Shown piece by piece: positions 19,655 through 29,330 of a stretch of DNA of 64,000 nucleotides; position 1 is the first letter of the stretch; each line of letters starts with the position of its first letter. Under the pieces are notes generated by a model. It was not told the origin of the DNA, searched no databases, and saw nothing but the letters and a program-made list of their open reading frames with translations. The translations under genes and the position numbers were made by a program. Source of the stretch: Nitrospirota bacterium (GTDB lineage: Bacteria; Nitrospirota; UBA9217); contig OY760142.1 in the NCBI GenBank assembly GCA_963663225.1, forward strand, positions 1,728,001 through 1,792,000, given 5' to 3'.

Positions 19655-20704
19655 ATGCTTCAAAAAAAGCTCCATTCACTGTTTCTTCCCCGTTTTGACT
19701 GGATTCAGGTCGAGGTAACCTCGTTTTGCAATGCTTCGTGTTTTTACTGTCCGCATACGGTTTACCGCGAGCGCTGGACCAGCAGGCATATGCCTCTTGA
19801 AATGTTCAAGCGGCTCATTCCGGTTTTAAAAAAAACAAAACTTGTCTACCTCCAGGGCTGGGGCGAGCCTTTCCTGCATCCTGATTTTTTCTCCCTGGCC
19901 GCGCTGGCCAGGGAAGCCGGCTGCAGCGTGGGAACGACGACAAACGGCATGAACCTAGACAGCGCCTGGGTTGAACGGATAATCCAATCTCGGCTGGATA
20001 TTCTTGGTTTTTCTCTTGCCCATACGGATTCCCAGAATGATTTTTTAAGGCAGGGCACGCACTTGGAGCAGGTGCTCGGCCTGATCCGCAGCGTAACGGA
20101 GGCAAAACGGAAGGCCGGAACGGAAAAGCCGGTTATTCATGTCGCATATTTGCTGCTGGAATCAAACAAACGCGACGCGCGGCGCCTCCCCGGGCTGCTG
20201 AACGGCCTTGGCGTTCATGAAGTGGTGATCAGCACGCTTGACTGCGTCGCTGCTCCGGAACTCAAAAAAGAATTGGTGGAGCTTGGCACGGAAGATGAGC
20301 GCGAGCGGCTCCGTGATTATTTAAAAAGCATCTGCGCTGAGGGAGAACGCGCTGGTCTGCCGATCCACTACCAAATTGGAAATTGCGGTCGGAAGAAGCT
20401 GTACTGCAGCGAGAACATCCAAAAAGCGGCGGTCATTTCAGCCTCAGGGGATGTGTTTCCCTGCGTTTTTATGAATTTGGCGCCGGAGGAACCGAACAAC
20501 GCACATGATCAACGTTCTGCGGAGCGCGTTTGTTTTGGAAACATCGCTCAAGAGCCGCTTGAAAAAATTTGGAGAAGTGACGCATACAAAAAATTCCGCC
20601 GTTCCTTTTCCCGGGAGCGCCTTGCGCCCAGGTGCGCGCATTGTCTGAAACTGTATCTCGACAGCGGAGGTCCGTCCTCACCACAACAATCGCAGTCATT
20701 TTGA
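19655..20704 (+). CDS. Radical SAM/SPASM protein
   Basis: CNASCFYC, QGWGEP, TTTNG; C-terminal C...GDVFPC...GNI...CAHC. Confidence 0.9.
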   Translation: MLQKKLHSLFLPRFDWIQVEVTSFCNASCFYCPHTVYRERWTSRHMPLEMFKRLIPVLKKTKLVYLQGWGEPFLHPDFFSLAALAREAGCSVGTTTNGMNLDSAWVERIIQSRLDILGFSLAHTDSQNDFLRQGTHLEQVLGLIRSVTEAKRKAGTEKPVIHVAYLLLESNKRDARRLPGLLNGLGVHEVVISTLDCVAAPELKKELVELGTEDERERLRDYLKSICAEGERAGLPIHYQIGNCGRKKLYCSENIQKAAVISASGDVFPCVFMNLAPEEPNNAHDQRSAERVCFGNIAQEPLEKIWRSDAYKKFRRSFSRERLAPRCAHCLKLYLDSGGPSSPQQSQSF

Positions 20705-20812
20705 TACCGAACTGCTTTCCGCATACAGAAACAGGATGGTTGGTCTCTCTCCCGACGGAGCCGGTACGCGCGCGGGAATTTTAAAAAATACTACGACACA
20801 GGATAAACAAGC

Positions 20813-22111
20813 ATGAGACCGCGTGTTCTGCTTATCAATCCATGGATATATGACTTCGCGGCGTACAATCTCTGGTCAAGCCCGCTGGGTTTGCTGAAAG
20901 TTGCGGAATATCTGAGCCGCTGTGAGGTTGAACTTTTCCTGATCGACTGCACCGATTCATTTGGCGCGAAGCAGTACGGCACCGGAAAATACCGCACCCA
21001 GCACGTGCCGAAGCCGGATTTGCTGAAAAGCGTTCCGAGATACTACAAACGATACGGCATGGACGTTGATGAGTTCATAGCCAGGATCAAGTCCTGCCTG
21101 CCTGTGGATATGGTGCTGGTGACTTCGATCATGAGTTACTGGTACCCCGGCGTGCAGGAAACGATCAGAACCGTAAAAAAAGCCGTCCATGACGTTCCTG
21201 TCGTGCTTGGAGGCATTTATCCAACGCTCTATCCGGAGCATGCGGCGGCACATTCCGGCGCAGATCATATCTATTCCGGGCCGGCGGATGAACGCCTTTT
21301 TCCTTTTTTGCAGGAGTGCGGACTGCCACTCAGTTCTCCGCGCGATCCCCTGCCGTATTATGAGCTTGGCCTGGACGTGCAAAACCGCTTTGCTCCTCTC
21401 CAGACTTCATCCGGCTGCCCTTTTACTTGCTCCTACTGCGCCTCGCAATTCTTGTCTTCCGGTTATGAGCGAAGATCTCACGAGGATGTTTCGAAGGAGA
21501 TTTCGGCGCTCTCCGGCAGAGGAATCCGCGATTTTGCTTTTTATGATGATGCGCTGCTATATGATGCAGACAATCATATTAAACCGCTCTTAGAGATGAT
21601 TATTCAGCAGGGTTTTTCCGTCAGGCTTCATGCCCCCAATGGATTGCACGCGCGTTTTCTGGATGCAATAACGGCAGGTCTCATGATGAACAGTGGATTC
21701 AGGACCGTGCGCCTCAGTTTCGAAACATCCGATCCCGTGCGGCAGGAGCGCACCGGCAGCAAGGTTTCGACAGGGGATATTGCTCAGGCAATCGGGGTAT
21801 TACAAAAGCATGGGTTTTTCAAGGAGCAGATCGGGGTATATCTTTTATTCGGTCTACCCGGGCAGGGATTGGATGAAGTGGAGGACGGAATAGCAATTCT
21901 GCAGAAATTCAATGTGCGGATTTTTCTGTCCGAGTTTTCCCCCATCAAAGGCACGGCATGCTGGAATGAACTGGTGCAAGAGGGGACCATTCCCGATGAT
22001 CTCGATCCGCTTTATACCAACAACACAGTCTTTTCATTTCTGTATTCCGGTTATGACCATGCACGGGTAAGCCGGATAAAGCTCAGGGTGAAGGAATACA
22101 ACAAACAATAG
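20813..22111 (+). CDS. B12-binding-domain radical SAM protein
   Basis: VLLINPWIYDFAAY, VVLGGIYPTL, GCPFTCSYC, FYDD. Confidence 0.9.
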   Translation: MRPRVLLINPWIYDFAAYNLWSSPLGLLKVAEYLSRCEVELFLIDCTDSFGAKQYGTGKYRTQHVPKPDLLKSVPRYYKRYGMDVDEFIARIKSCLPVDMVLVTSIMSYWYPGVQETIRTVKKAVHDVPVVLGGIYPTLYPEHAAAHSGADHIYSGPADERLFPFLQECGLPLSSPRDPLPYYELGLDVQNRFAPLQTSSGCPFTCSYCASQFLSSGYERRSHEDVSKEISALSGRGIRDFAFYDDALLYDADNHIKPLLEMIIQQGFSVRLHAPNGLHARFLDAITAGLMMNSGFRTVRLSFETSDPVRQERTGSKVSTGDIAQAIGVLQKHGFFKEQIGVYLLFGLPGQGLDEVEDGIAILQKFNVRIFLSEFSPIKGTACWNELVQEGTIPDDLDPLYTNNTVFSFLYSGYDHARVSRIKLRVKEYNKQ

Positions 22112-22185
22112 GCAGCCAGCAGCAGAAAGAGTGCTGTTGCCGGGAATCGATGCCGCCGATTGTGAAATATGCGGTGCCGATGGGA

Positions 22186-23052
22186 CTATTTCCCATCCCA
22201 CCCCGCGAGGCGCGCCATCATGACCCAGAATGCCTTTGCTTTCAGTTTGCAGACATACGCCATGGAAGCGTCGCCGCCTTGAACGCTCCCGTCCGAATGT
22301 CCGCAGGAGGCCGGAATATCGGCGCAATCCGCGGGATGGGCAGCGCACCATTTCGGGCACCAGCTGCATTCGCCGTTTATTCCTCCGGACCCGGAATAGT
22401 ATTTCCCATTCGGATCGTAGGATTCGATGTCGGCAAAATCAAAAAGTACTTTTCCGTTTTTTCTGGCATACTCCCGGATACGGTCGTTGTTTCTGCTGAG
22501 CGTGGCGCTCCCTCCGTCCACGTGTCCGGTCATATAGATGAAGCGCATATGCTTGAACTCCGATTCCAGCTGGTTCATCTTTTTCAGATAGGTATTGACG
22601 AAATCCGCGTTTGAAGACGACATCTCTCCGCACCATGAGTACATCGAAAAATTGAATTCGCCCATCCGGGAGGCGCGTCTGGTTCTTTCCATCCCGGATT
22701 CAGTGCTCCAATAGGATTCCGGTCCCAGGCTTTCTCGATAGATGCGGAGAACGGGCGGGTTTTCTTTCGGCGGCAGTCCGGGGGCCGAGGAGAACATGAC
22801 TGCAACGCGGTAATTCGGATTTGCTTTTCCGAGCGTTTCAAGGCCGGTGATGATTTGCTTGCCGTGTGACAGGTGTATATAGTAAAGAGTCGATTCTCTG
22901 GCCTTGTCGAGATACTTTTTCGGGATTCGGTCGAACGCCGCCACCGACGTGTGGTCGATGATAAGCGCCTCAGGCAGTACGCGGTCTTCGCATGTTCCGT
23001 TGGAAACCGCCAGAATAAGAAAAAGTATTGCTGCGGCTGCTGTCCTTGTCAT
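22186..23052 (-). CDS. Exported hypothetical protein with Cys-rich C-terminus
   Basis: Signal peptide from ATG 23052; HLSHG, FIYMTGH, LFDFADIES, ARLAGW look like conserved blocks. Confidence 0.75.
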   Translation of the reverse strand: MTRTAAAAILFLILAVSNGTCEDRVLPEALIIDHTSVAAFDRIPKKYLDKARESTLYYIHLSHGKQIITGLETLGKANPNYRVAVMFSSAPGLPPKENPPVLRIYRESLGPESYWSTESGMERTRRASRMGEFNFSMYSWCGEMSSSNADFVNTYLKKMNQLESEFKHMRFIYMTGHVDGGSATLSRNNDRIREYARKNGKVLFDFADIESYDPNGKYYSGSGGINGECSWCPKWCAAHPADCADIPASCGHSDGSVQGGDASMAYVCKLKAKAFWVMMARLAGWDGK

Positions 23053-23235
23053 GTCGCATGCCCGCCTTTCTTCTCCGGAGTGTGCTGATAAGGAATGCAA
23101 TTTTATAATAGCACAACCCGTGGTTCTTGAATAGAGCATTGCAGATTTCGTGAATGATTTTTGCCCTGTTTCGGTTGTGTGTGCATCCAGCAAGATCGCC
23201 TGCGGACTGCGACTTGAACCCGCGGTTTTTTGTCT

Positions 23236-23263
23236 TTGACATTTGAAGGATATGCAGTATACT
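23236..23263 (+). promoter_or_regulatory. Candidate sigma70 promoter
   Basis: TTGACA-N16-TATACT. Confidence 0.6.
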
Positions 23264-23285
23264 TCGCCGACGCGAGGGCTCTCCT

Positions 23286-24161
23286 ATGCCGGAATACATC
23301 GGTACCGTCATCAGGCCTCCGAGCGAGGCCGACAGTCTGGTTCTTCAGTACACCATCGGGTGTTCCCACAACCGCTGCGTTTTCTGCCCTGCCTATAAAC
23401 AGAAACAGTTCCGTGTACGGAGCATTCGTGAAATGGAAACAGACATTGAGTCCTGCTTGCCTTCCTGCCGCGATGCGCGCAGGATTTTCCTGGCTGACGG
23501 TGATGCGCTCGCGGCTCCCCAGGAGGAGTTGCTTGCGCTGTTTGCTCTTTTGCACGCTCGTTTCCCCCGGCTATCACGCATCAGCATGTACGCAAACGCA
23601 GGGAGTGTCCTCGGCAAAAGCGTAGCAGAACTCGCACAACTCCGTGAACAAGGCCTGGGCATTCTCTATCTGGGCGTTGAATCCGGAGACGACAATGTGC
23701 TCGACTGGATGCAAAAAGGGGTAACGTCCGACGAAATGCTGGAGGCAGGCAGACGCGTGAAGGAATCGGGAATAAAGTTGTCGGTCACGGTTTTGCTCGG
23801 CATCGGTGGAAGCACCTGGAGCAAACAGCACGCACAGGCAACCGGAAGACTGCTTTCAAAACTAAAGCCGGACCACGTTGGAGCTCTTACCACCATGGTG
23901 GTTCCCGACACGCCGCTCCACCTGTTGAAGGAGGCAGGTGATTTCAGCCTTCCCGATCCATTCTCTCTCTTGCTTGAACTTGCCGAAATGATCGAGCACA
24001 CGGAAATGCGGGGGCTTTTCTTTGCGAATCATGCATCGAACTACCTGCCGCTGAGGGTCCGCATGCCGGTGCAGCGCACCGCGGCGGTCGCGATGATCAG
24101 GCAGTGCGTGCACCATGCGGATGAATCCCTCTTAAAACCGGAATGGCTGAGAGGGTTGTGA
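23286..24161 (+). CDS. Radical SAM protein
   Basis: RPPSEA, GCSHNRCVFC, FLADGD, YLGVESG, NHASNY. Confidence 0.92.
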   Translation: MPEYIGTVIRPPSEADSLVLQYTIGCSHNRCVFCPAYKQKQFRVRSIREMETDIESCLPSCRDARRIFLADGDALAAPQEELLALFALLHARFPRLSRISMYANAGSVLGKSVAELAQLREQGLGILYLGVESGDDNVLDWMQKGVTSDEMLEAGRRVKESGIKLSVTVLLGIGGSTWSKQHAQATGRLLSKLKPDHVGALTTMVVPDTPLHLLKEAGDFSLPDPFSLLLELAEMIEHTEMRGLFFANHASNYLPLRVRMPVQRTAAVAMIRQCVHHADESLLKPEWLRGL

Positions 24162-24204
24162 AAAATAGCTGTTTTGCACGGAAATCAAGAGATAAAGGGA
24201 GGAA

Positions 24205-24245
24205 CCCCTCCCCGTGAAGGGGGGTATCAAATTCACGGGGAGGGG
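24205..24245. terminator. Strong hairpin between convergent genes
   Basis: 14-bp perfect stem CCCCTCCCCGTGAA/TTCACGGGGAGGGG; no clear U-tract. Confidence 0.55.
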
Positions 24246-24312
24246 GGAAACGACTGATATTCACTGCCGGGAAGGTTGCCGGCGTTTGAGAAAGAATTCA
24301 GGATTGCTTTGT

Positions 24313-24651
24313 CTACTTCTGCTGTTCCATCGGAGGTTGCTGGACCGGTCCTCGCCGATTTTTATCTGCAGATCTCATAGGATGGTGGGGCCTGCATTTC
24401 TTCAGCTCGCCGGGAGTTTTCGCGGCTTCTACACAGGTTTTTTCCTCGTCAAGTTTTGCCTTCCTTGCATCAATCATTTTCAAAATGCGCGATTTCAGAG
24501 CGGTGAACTGCTCCGGAGTCATCTGTTTTTCAGCTCCCTGCTGGACAGCAGGACCTGGATCGCCGCCGGGAGCCTGCTGTGCAACGGCGGTCAACGCGAA
24601 TACACCCATCATAAGTACTGCGGCCATGAAACTGGATACTGTTCTCATCAT
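24313..24651 (-). CDS. Small exported hypothetical protein
   Basis: Strong SD GGAGGAGG; signal peptide ending AVA; C-x12-C pair. Confidence 0.75.
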   Translation of the reverse strand: MMRTVSSFMAAVLMMGVFALTAVAQQAPGGDPGPAVQQGAEKQMTPEQFTALKSRILKMIDARKAKLDEEKTCVEAAKTPGELKKCRPHHPMRSADKNRRGPVQQPPMEQQK

Positions 24652-24929
24652 GATCCTCCTCCGGGGAAACAAACGTTCTCAACAAGCGATTATAATCATG
24701 AGACAATGAATGCCGGAAAAAGTTTAATGGATTTTTTTTCGTTCGGAGCGCGAGCAATCAGGCAGCGACGGTTTGCATCGCGCCACTGGTGGGAGCTTAG
24801 TTTGTGCTGTTCTTTGCTTTTTGTCTGTGGTATAGTAATTTATTCTCTGTTTTGACGAAGTAGTCCGTCCTGGCAAGGGAATTTCCATCCGGTGCCGGAC
24901 GCACCGCGCGGCATTTCCCGGAGGAAAGT

Positions 24930-25694
24930 ATGCTCGTAGCCATTGACATCGGCAATACCAACATTGTTCTTGGAGTGTTCGACCATGACAAGCTTATGGA
25001 AAACTGGCGCGTCGGCACCAACGCCCAGATAACGCCGGATGAATACGCCATGACCATCAAGGACCTGTTTAACTTTGCGGGCATCGAATTCAAACAGATT
25101 ACCGGAGTCATTATCTCGACGGTGGTGCCGCCCCTGCTGCCGGTTATGGTCGAGATGTCGAGAAAATATTTTCATATCGAGCCCATGGTGGTGACGCACC
25201 AGCTCAAGACCGGAATTACCATTCGCTATGACAACCCGAAGGAACTGGGGGCGGACAGGATTGTGAATGCGGCGGCCGCGTATAAAATTTACGGCGGGCC
25301 GATTATCATTGTCGATTTCGGCACGGCAACGACATTCTGCGCGGTAACAAAAGACGGGGAGTATCTGGGAGGGGCCATTACGCCCGGCGTCAAGATATCC
25401 GCCGAGGCCCTGTTCCAGAGGGCATCCAAACTTCCGCGGGTAGAACTCACAAAACCGCCCACGGTCATCGGAACCGACACCACGAGCGCCATGCAGGCAG
25501 GAATTATCTACGGTTATGCCGGTCTGGTGGATGGCATTGTCGAACGGATGAAAAAAGAGTTGTCATCCCTCTCCAAAGTAGTAGCCACCGGCGGTCTGGC
25601 CGAACTGGTATCGTCTGAGACCAAGACACCTCTGGAAGTAAAACCTCATTTGACCCTCGAAGGCTTGCGGCTTCTTTACGAAATAAACCACTGA
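24930..25694 (+). CDS. coaX: Type III pantothenate kinase
   Basis: IDIGNTN, LGADR, VDFGTATT, ATGG; SD GGAGG. Confidence 0.96.
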   Translation: MLVAIDIGNTNIVLGVFDHDKLMENWRVGTNAQITPDEYAMTIKDLFNFAGIEFKQITGVIISTVVPPLLPVMVEMSRKYFHIEPMVVTHQLKTGITIRYDNPKELGADRIVNAAAAYKIYGGPIIIVDFGTATTFCAVTKDGEYLGGAITPGVKISAEALFQRASKLPRVELTKPPTVIGTDTTSAMQAGIIYGYAGLVDGIVERMKKELSSLSKVVATGGLAELVSSETKTPLEVKPHLTLEGLRLLYEINH

Positions 25695-25833
25695 TATTTC
25701 AGCAGGTAAGACCTTTCCTCCAGGCATTTTTCGTTTGGTTTTACCGTTGTGCAGCCGTCTTTTTCCCGGCCTGCCTTGACGGTTGTTTTTTTTTATGATA
25801 TTTTTAATTCATTGATATTTTGAGGATAAGTTG

Positions 25834-26211
25834 ATGAAAATCCTTGTTGTCGATGATGAAGAAGGCGCGCAGGAACTTTTTAATATTATTTTGACCGACG
25901 AAGGCTACGACGTTTCCCTTGCGAGTTGCGCCGATGAAGCGCTTGCCCTCCTCAAAAACAATACATTCAATCTGGTTATTAGCGACATTAAAATGCCGAA
26001 GATGGACGGTCTCCAGCTTCTTCAGGAAATACGGAAGACAGGATATAAAACCGACGTCATTATGGTCACGGCGTACGGCGAGGTGGAGAGCTACCTCAAG
26101 GCAATGAGTCTTGGTGCTGCAGAATACATCAACAAACCCATCCGCATTAAAGAACTGAAACGGATTGTGCATAAAGTTCTGACAGAGCAGAAGGCGAGGT
26201 CAGGAAACTAA
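25834..26211 (+). CDS. Single-domain response regulator
   Basis: ILVVDDE, ISDIKMP, TAYG, KP; stop overlaps the galT start (TAATG). Confidence 0.92.
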   Translation: MKILVVDDEEGAQELFNIILTDEGYDVSLASCADEALALLKNNTFNLVISDIKMPKMDGLQLLQEIRKTGYKTDVIMVTAYGEVESYLKAMSLGAAEYINKPIRIKELKRIVHKVLTEQKARSGN

Positions 26212-27236
26212 TGTCACGTCTGCGCAAGGACCCGATCGTCGGCCGCTGGATCATCATCTCAACGGATCACCCCAAAAAACCGCAGGATTACAGTTTTGAA
26301 GAACCGGTAGACACGGTAAAACCGTCGGAGTGCCCCTTTTGCGGCGGCAATGAAGCGAAAACCACTCCCGAAATCGCATCCTTCCGGCCTGACAAAACCC
26401 TTCCAAACAGCTCGGGCTGGTGGGTGCGCGTGATACCGAATAAATTTCCGGTGCTTCAAATAGAGGGAAATCTGGAGCGCGAGGGCAGCGGAATTTACGA
26501 CTGGATGAACGGCATTGGCGCACATGAAATCATCATTGAAAGTCCGGAGCATTCACTCCGCCTGGAAGACCTGCCGGAAAGCCAGGTTGAGAAGGTTCTC
26601 TGGGCATACCGCGACCGCATCCTCGATTTGGAGAGGGACAGCCGACTTCGCTATGTGCTGGTTTTCAAAAACCAGGGATGGGCAGCCGGATCGACGCTGA
26701 ACCACACGCATTCGCAGATTATTGCGACGCCGGTCATTCCAAAATTTGTGAAGGAAAAACTTGACGGGGCCAAGTCCTATTTCGATTATAAGGAGCGGTG
26801 CATTTTCTGCGACGTCATTCATCAGGAACTGGCATCATCGGAACGCATTGTGGAGGAAACCCGCCATTTCGTGGTTATGGTCCCCTTTGCCCCTCGGTTT
26901 CCCTTTGAAATCTGGATTTACCCCAAAAAACATCTGTGTTCCTACGTGGATGTCAGCAAGGAAGAGATTATGGATTTTTCCCGGACGCTGAAGAACACGC
27001 TGTGCCGCCTCGGCAAGGTGCTGAACAATCCGCCGTACAATTTCATGCTCTACACGTCACCCAACAGAGTCCCGCGCAGGGGACACTGGCACACGCTGAA
27101 TGATGATTTTCACTGGCACCTTGAAATTACGCCGCGCATTACCCGGATTGCAGGGTTCGAATGGGGGGCAGGATTTTACATCAATCCAACTCCGCCCGAA
27201 GACGCGGCGAAGTATTTGAGAGATGTAAAACTCTAG
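26211..27236 (+). CDS. galT: Galactose-1-phosphate uridylyltransferase family
   Basis: LRKDP, CPFC..NE, PNKFP, G.HE, HTHSQ, FHWH, AGFE. Confidence 0.93.
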   Translation: MSRLRKDPIVGRWIIISTDHPKKPQDYSFEEPVDTVKPSECPFCGGNEAKTTPEIASFRPDKTLPNSSGWWVRVIPNKFPVLQIEGNLEREGSGIYDWMNGIGAHEIIIESPEHSLRLEDLPESQVEKVLWAYRDRILDLERDSRLRYVLVFKNQGWAAGSTLNHTHSQIIATPVIPKFVKEKLDGAKSYFDYKERCIFCDVIHQELASSERIVEETRHFVVMVPFAPRFPFEIWIYPKKHLCSYVDVSKEEIMDFSRTLKNTLCRLGKVLNNPPYNFMLYTSPNRVPRRGHWHTLNDDFHWHLEITPRITRIAGFEWGAGFYINPTPPEDAAKYLRDVKL

Positions 27237-27559
27237 TTAACTTCTGCAGACCCCATATATATATTAGAGGCATCCATCCTTCAGAGAACCATCAGAAATT
27301 TTCCCCCCAGTAGAAGATTACGACGATCCAACCTCCGTACCGATCCGAATCCGCCGCCCGTTCTGTTCAGACCGACCACCTGCTCGAATCCAAAGCAACC
27401 GCTTGTTCCGATTTATGCTTTTCAGCTTATGTTTCTTACCAGGTGGAAATGTGTGAGGTCAAACTTCAAACTATACATGGCAGGTCTTTAATGAATCACC
27501 TACAATCCAAGCGTTAGCAAATCGTCAACAGCATAGCAGAATACCAGTTGTCTCTCACA

Positions 27560-27617
27560 CATGAACACGCAGGTGAGGAGCGTGTCTTTCGCGACTCACT
27601 CGACCCGGTCGTTGGTT
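27560..27617 (-). mobile_element. attC-like site downstream of cassette ORF
   Basis: Minus strand AACCAAC...CGGGT[C]GAG...CTCACCTG...GTTCATG: imperfect palindrome with an unpaired base and AAC/GTT ends. Confidence 0.65.
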
Positions 27618-27656
27618 TGTTGTCCGTTTATCTACTATGGTTTATTTGTCACGCTC

Positions 27657-28028
27657 TCAGGTGCTTGGCTTGATATCTTTCCGCTTTATCCTTCTCATTA
27701 TGAATCCAGCAACAATACTGACTATGATCAGCAGAACGAGCAAATAACTGACAACAACATAAATTTTCCCGGCCTCTATTACGATGTCGCGACCGACATA
27801 AGGATCGAGAATTTCTTCTATTAATCCGTAAAAATAGAATGCAGCAATCGCTCCGGGTAACCATAATAGACGCGGTTTATAACGCGCAGACAAGAAACAT
27901 AAAACAGCACCTGCGAAGCCCCATATCAAGTTGGTTAATAATGTTGGTTCCTTATCCATAACTTCGGCTTGTGCAGGGCTGGACAATGCAAGGAGACAAA
28001 CAAATATTTGGAGGTAAACAGTTCTCAT
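27657..28028 (-). CDS. Small membrane hypothetical protein (integron cassette-like)
   Basis: ATG 28028; signal-like N-terminus (AQA-EVMDKEP) plus three hydrophobic segments; AT-rich; bracketed by attC-like sites. Confidence 0.75.
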   Translation of the reverse strand: MRTVYLQIFVCLLALSSPAQAEVMDKEPTLLTNLIWGFAGAVLCFLSARYKPRLLWLPGAIAAFYFYGLIEEILDPYVGRDIVIEAGKIYVVVSYLLVLLIIVSIVAGFIMRRIKRKDIKPST

Positions 28029-28037
28029 TTTTTTCAA

Positions 28038-28125
28038 AACCAACCAGTCATTGAGCAGACCCCGTATGTTAACGCGCATATCTACGGGGTCTATTTAACA
28101 CTGCAAAATGTGTGCATAGTTAGGT
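28038..28125 (-). mobile_element. Second attC-like palindrome upstream of cassette ORF
   Basis: Minus strand ACCTAAC...AGACCCCGTA...TACGGGGTCT-GCTCAAT-GACTG-GTTGGTT. Confidence 0.5.
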
Positions 28126-28484
28126 GGTATAGACTTCTGATTAATTTATTGCAAGATTATGTTACGAATATAGGCTTTCTACTGTTCTCTGCCAACGATG
28201 TTGAGACAGCTTTTCAGGAAGTGTTTTCAGTTTCGGGATGAAACATACAATCCGGTGTAGCTGATTAAAACAAGAAGTACAGGAAGCAAATTATTTATTA
28301 AAGAATATATCACGATATGCATATTCCAACAAGTATATATTGGACAGAAGTGGCGAGGATGTCTTCATGCGCCTGGGAGCAAGATGGAGTATTATTGATT
28401 TATTGAATAATATGGTCACTTCACGCGAGAAACCGCGATGTGGGTGTGTGAAAAGTCAAAAGCCGGGTTGTAACAGCGATACGG

Positions 28485-28946
28485 CTATGGCATCTTGAAT
28501 TCTTTGCCTGCCATGCGTACGGTCAGCACCGGGCAAGGCGCTTTTCGGACGACCTTCTCGGCGGTGCTCCCAAAAAGCACATGGTCCATTCCCGTTCTCC
28601 CGTGGGTCCCGATGACGATCAGATCGGCATTCGTCTCTCTTGCCGTCCTGATGATTTCGACAAAAGGCATGCCGCGGACGACTATCTTCTCAACCGTCTT
28701 CACTTTCGCGGCAATTTCGTCACCCAGGGCGTCTATTTCCTTCCCGGCATTTTTTTCCAGGTCCTCCAGCAGTTCCGCAACGGAAAGCGAAGAGGGGATA
28801 AACCATTCCGCCACGCTGATATCCTGAATGACGTGGAGCAGAATCAGCTTTGCATTGTAATCCTGCGCGAGCGAGATGACGTGGTCCATTGCTACACGCG
28901 CGCCACGAGAGAAATCCGTCGGATAAAGAATGGTTTTGATTTCCAT
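28485..28946 (-). CDS. Universal stress protein
   Basis: ILYPTDFS, ADLIVIGTHGR, GSTAEKVVRKAPCPVL; SD AAGGAGG. Confidence 0.96.
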   Translation of the reverse strand: MEIKTILYPTDFSRGARVAMDHVISLAQDYNAKLILLHVIQDISVAEWFIPSSLSVAELLEDLEKNAGKEIDALGDEIAAKVKTVEKIVVRGMPFVEIIRTARETNADLIVIGTHGRTGMDHVLFGSTAEKVVRKAPCPVLTVRMAGKEFKMP

Positions 28947-29019
28947 GCCGGCCTCCTTGGGGCAAATGTCACTATGCCGTTAAAAAGCAGCCATACTGCC
29001 TCTGAGTCGATTTTTTTTA

Positions 29020-29048
29020 AGTATAGCGAGTGCGGGAATTATTGTCAA
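29020..29048 (-). promoter_or_regulatory. Sigma70 promoter of the USP gene
   Basis: Minus strand TTGACA-N17-TATACT. Confidence 0.7.
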
Positions 29049-29173
29049 ACCAACCTTAATCAACGAAGGACGATAAATCAACCGGCATTTCCCCGCACCT
29101 GAAGCATTCGGCAATGTGTCGAAAAAATCAATATGCAATTAAGAATAATTAAAATTCTTTTATGAATTTCTGC

Positions 29174-29202
29174 TTGACCGGATGGTGGTATTGACATACA
29201 AT
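29174..29202 (+). promoter_or_regulatory. Candidate sigma70 promoter
   Basis: TTGACC-N17-TACAAT. Confidence 0.55.
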
Positions 29203-29330
29203 GACTCACATCTGTTGCCGCAGGATAAAAATTACCTATAACACGGCGCTTCACATTGTCGTCGGTTCCGCGGTATGATTTGCTTTTGTGCCGTTGTTGC
29301 ATTATCTTTTTTCGGGGCTGCCGCTATTCT

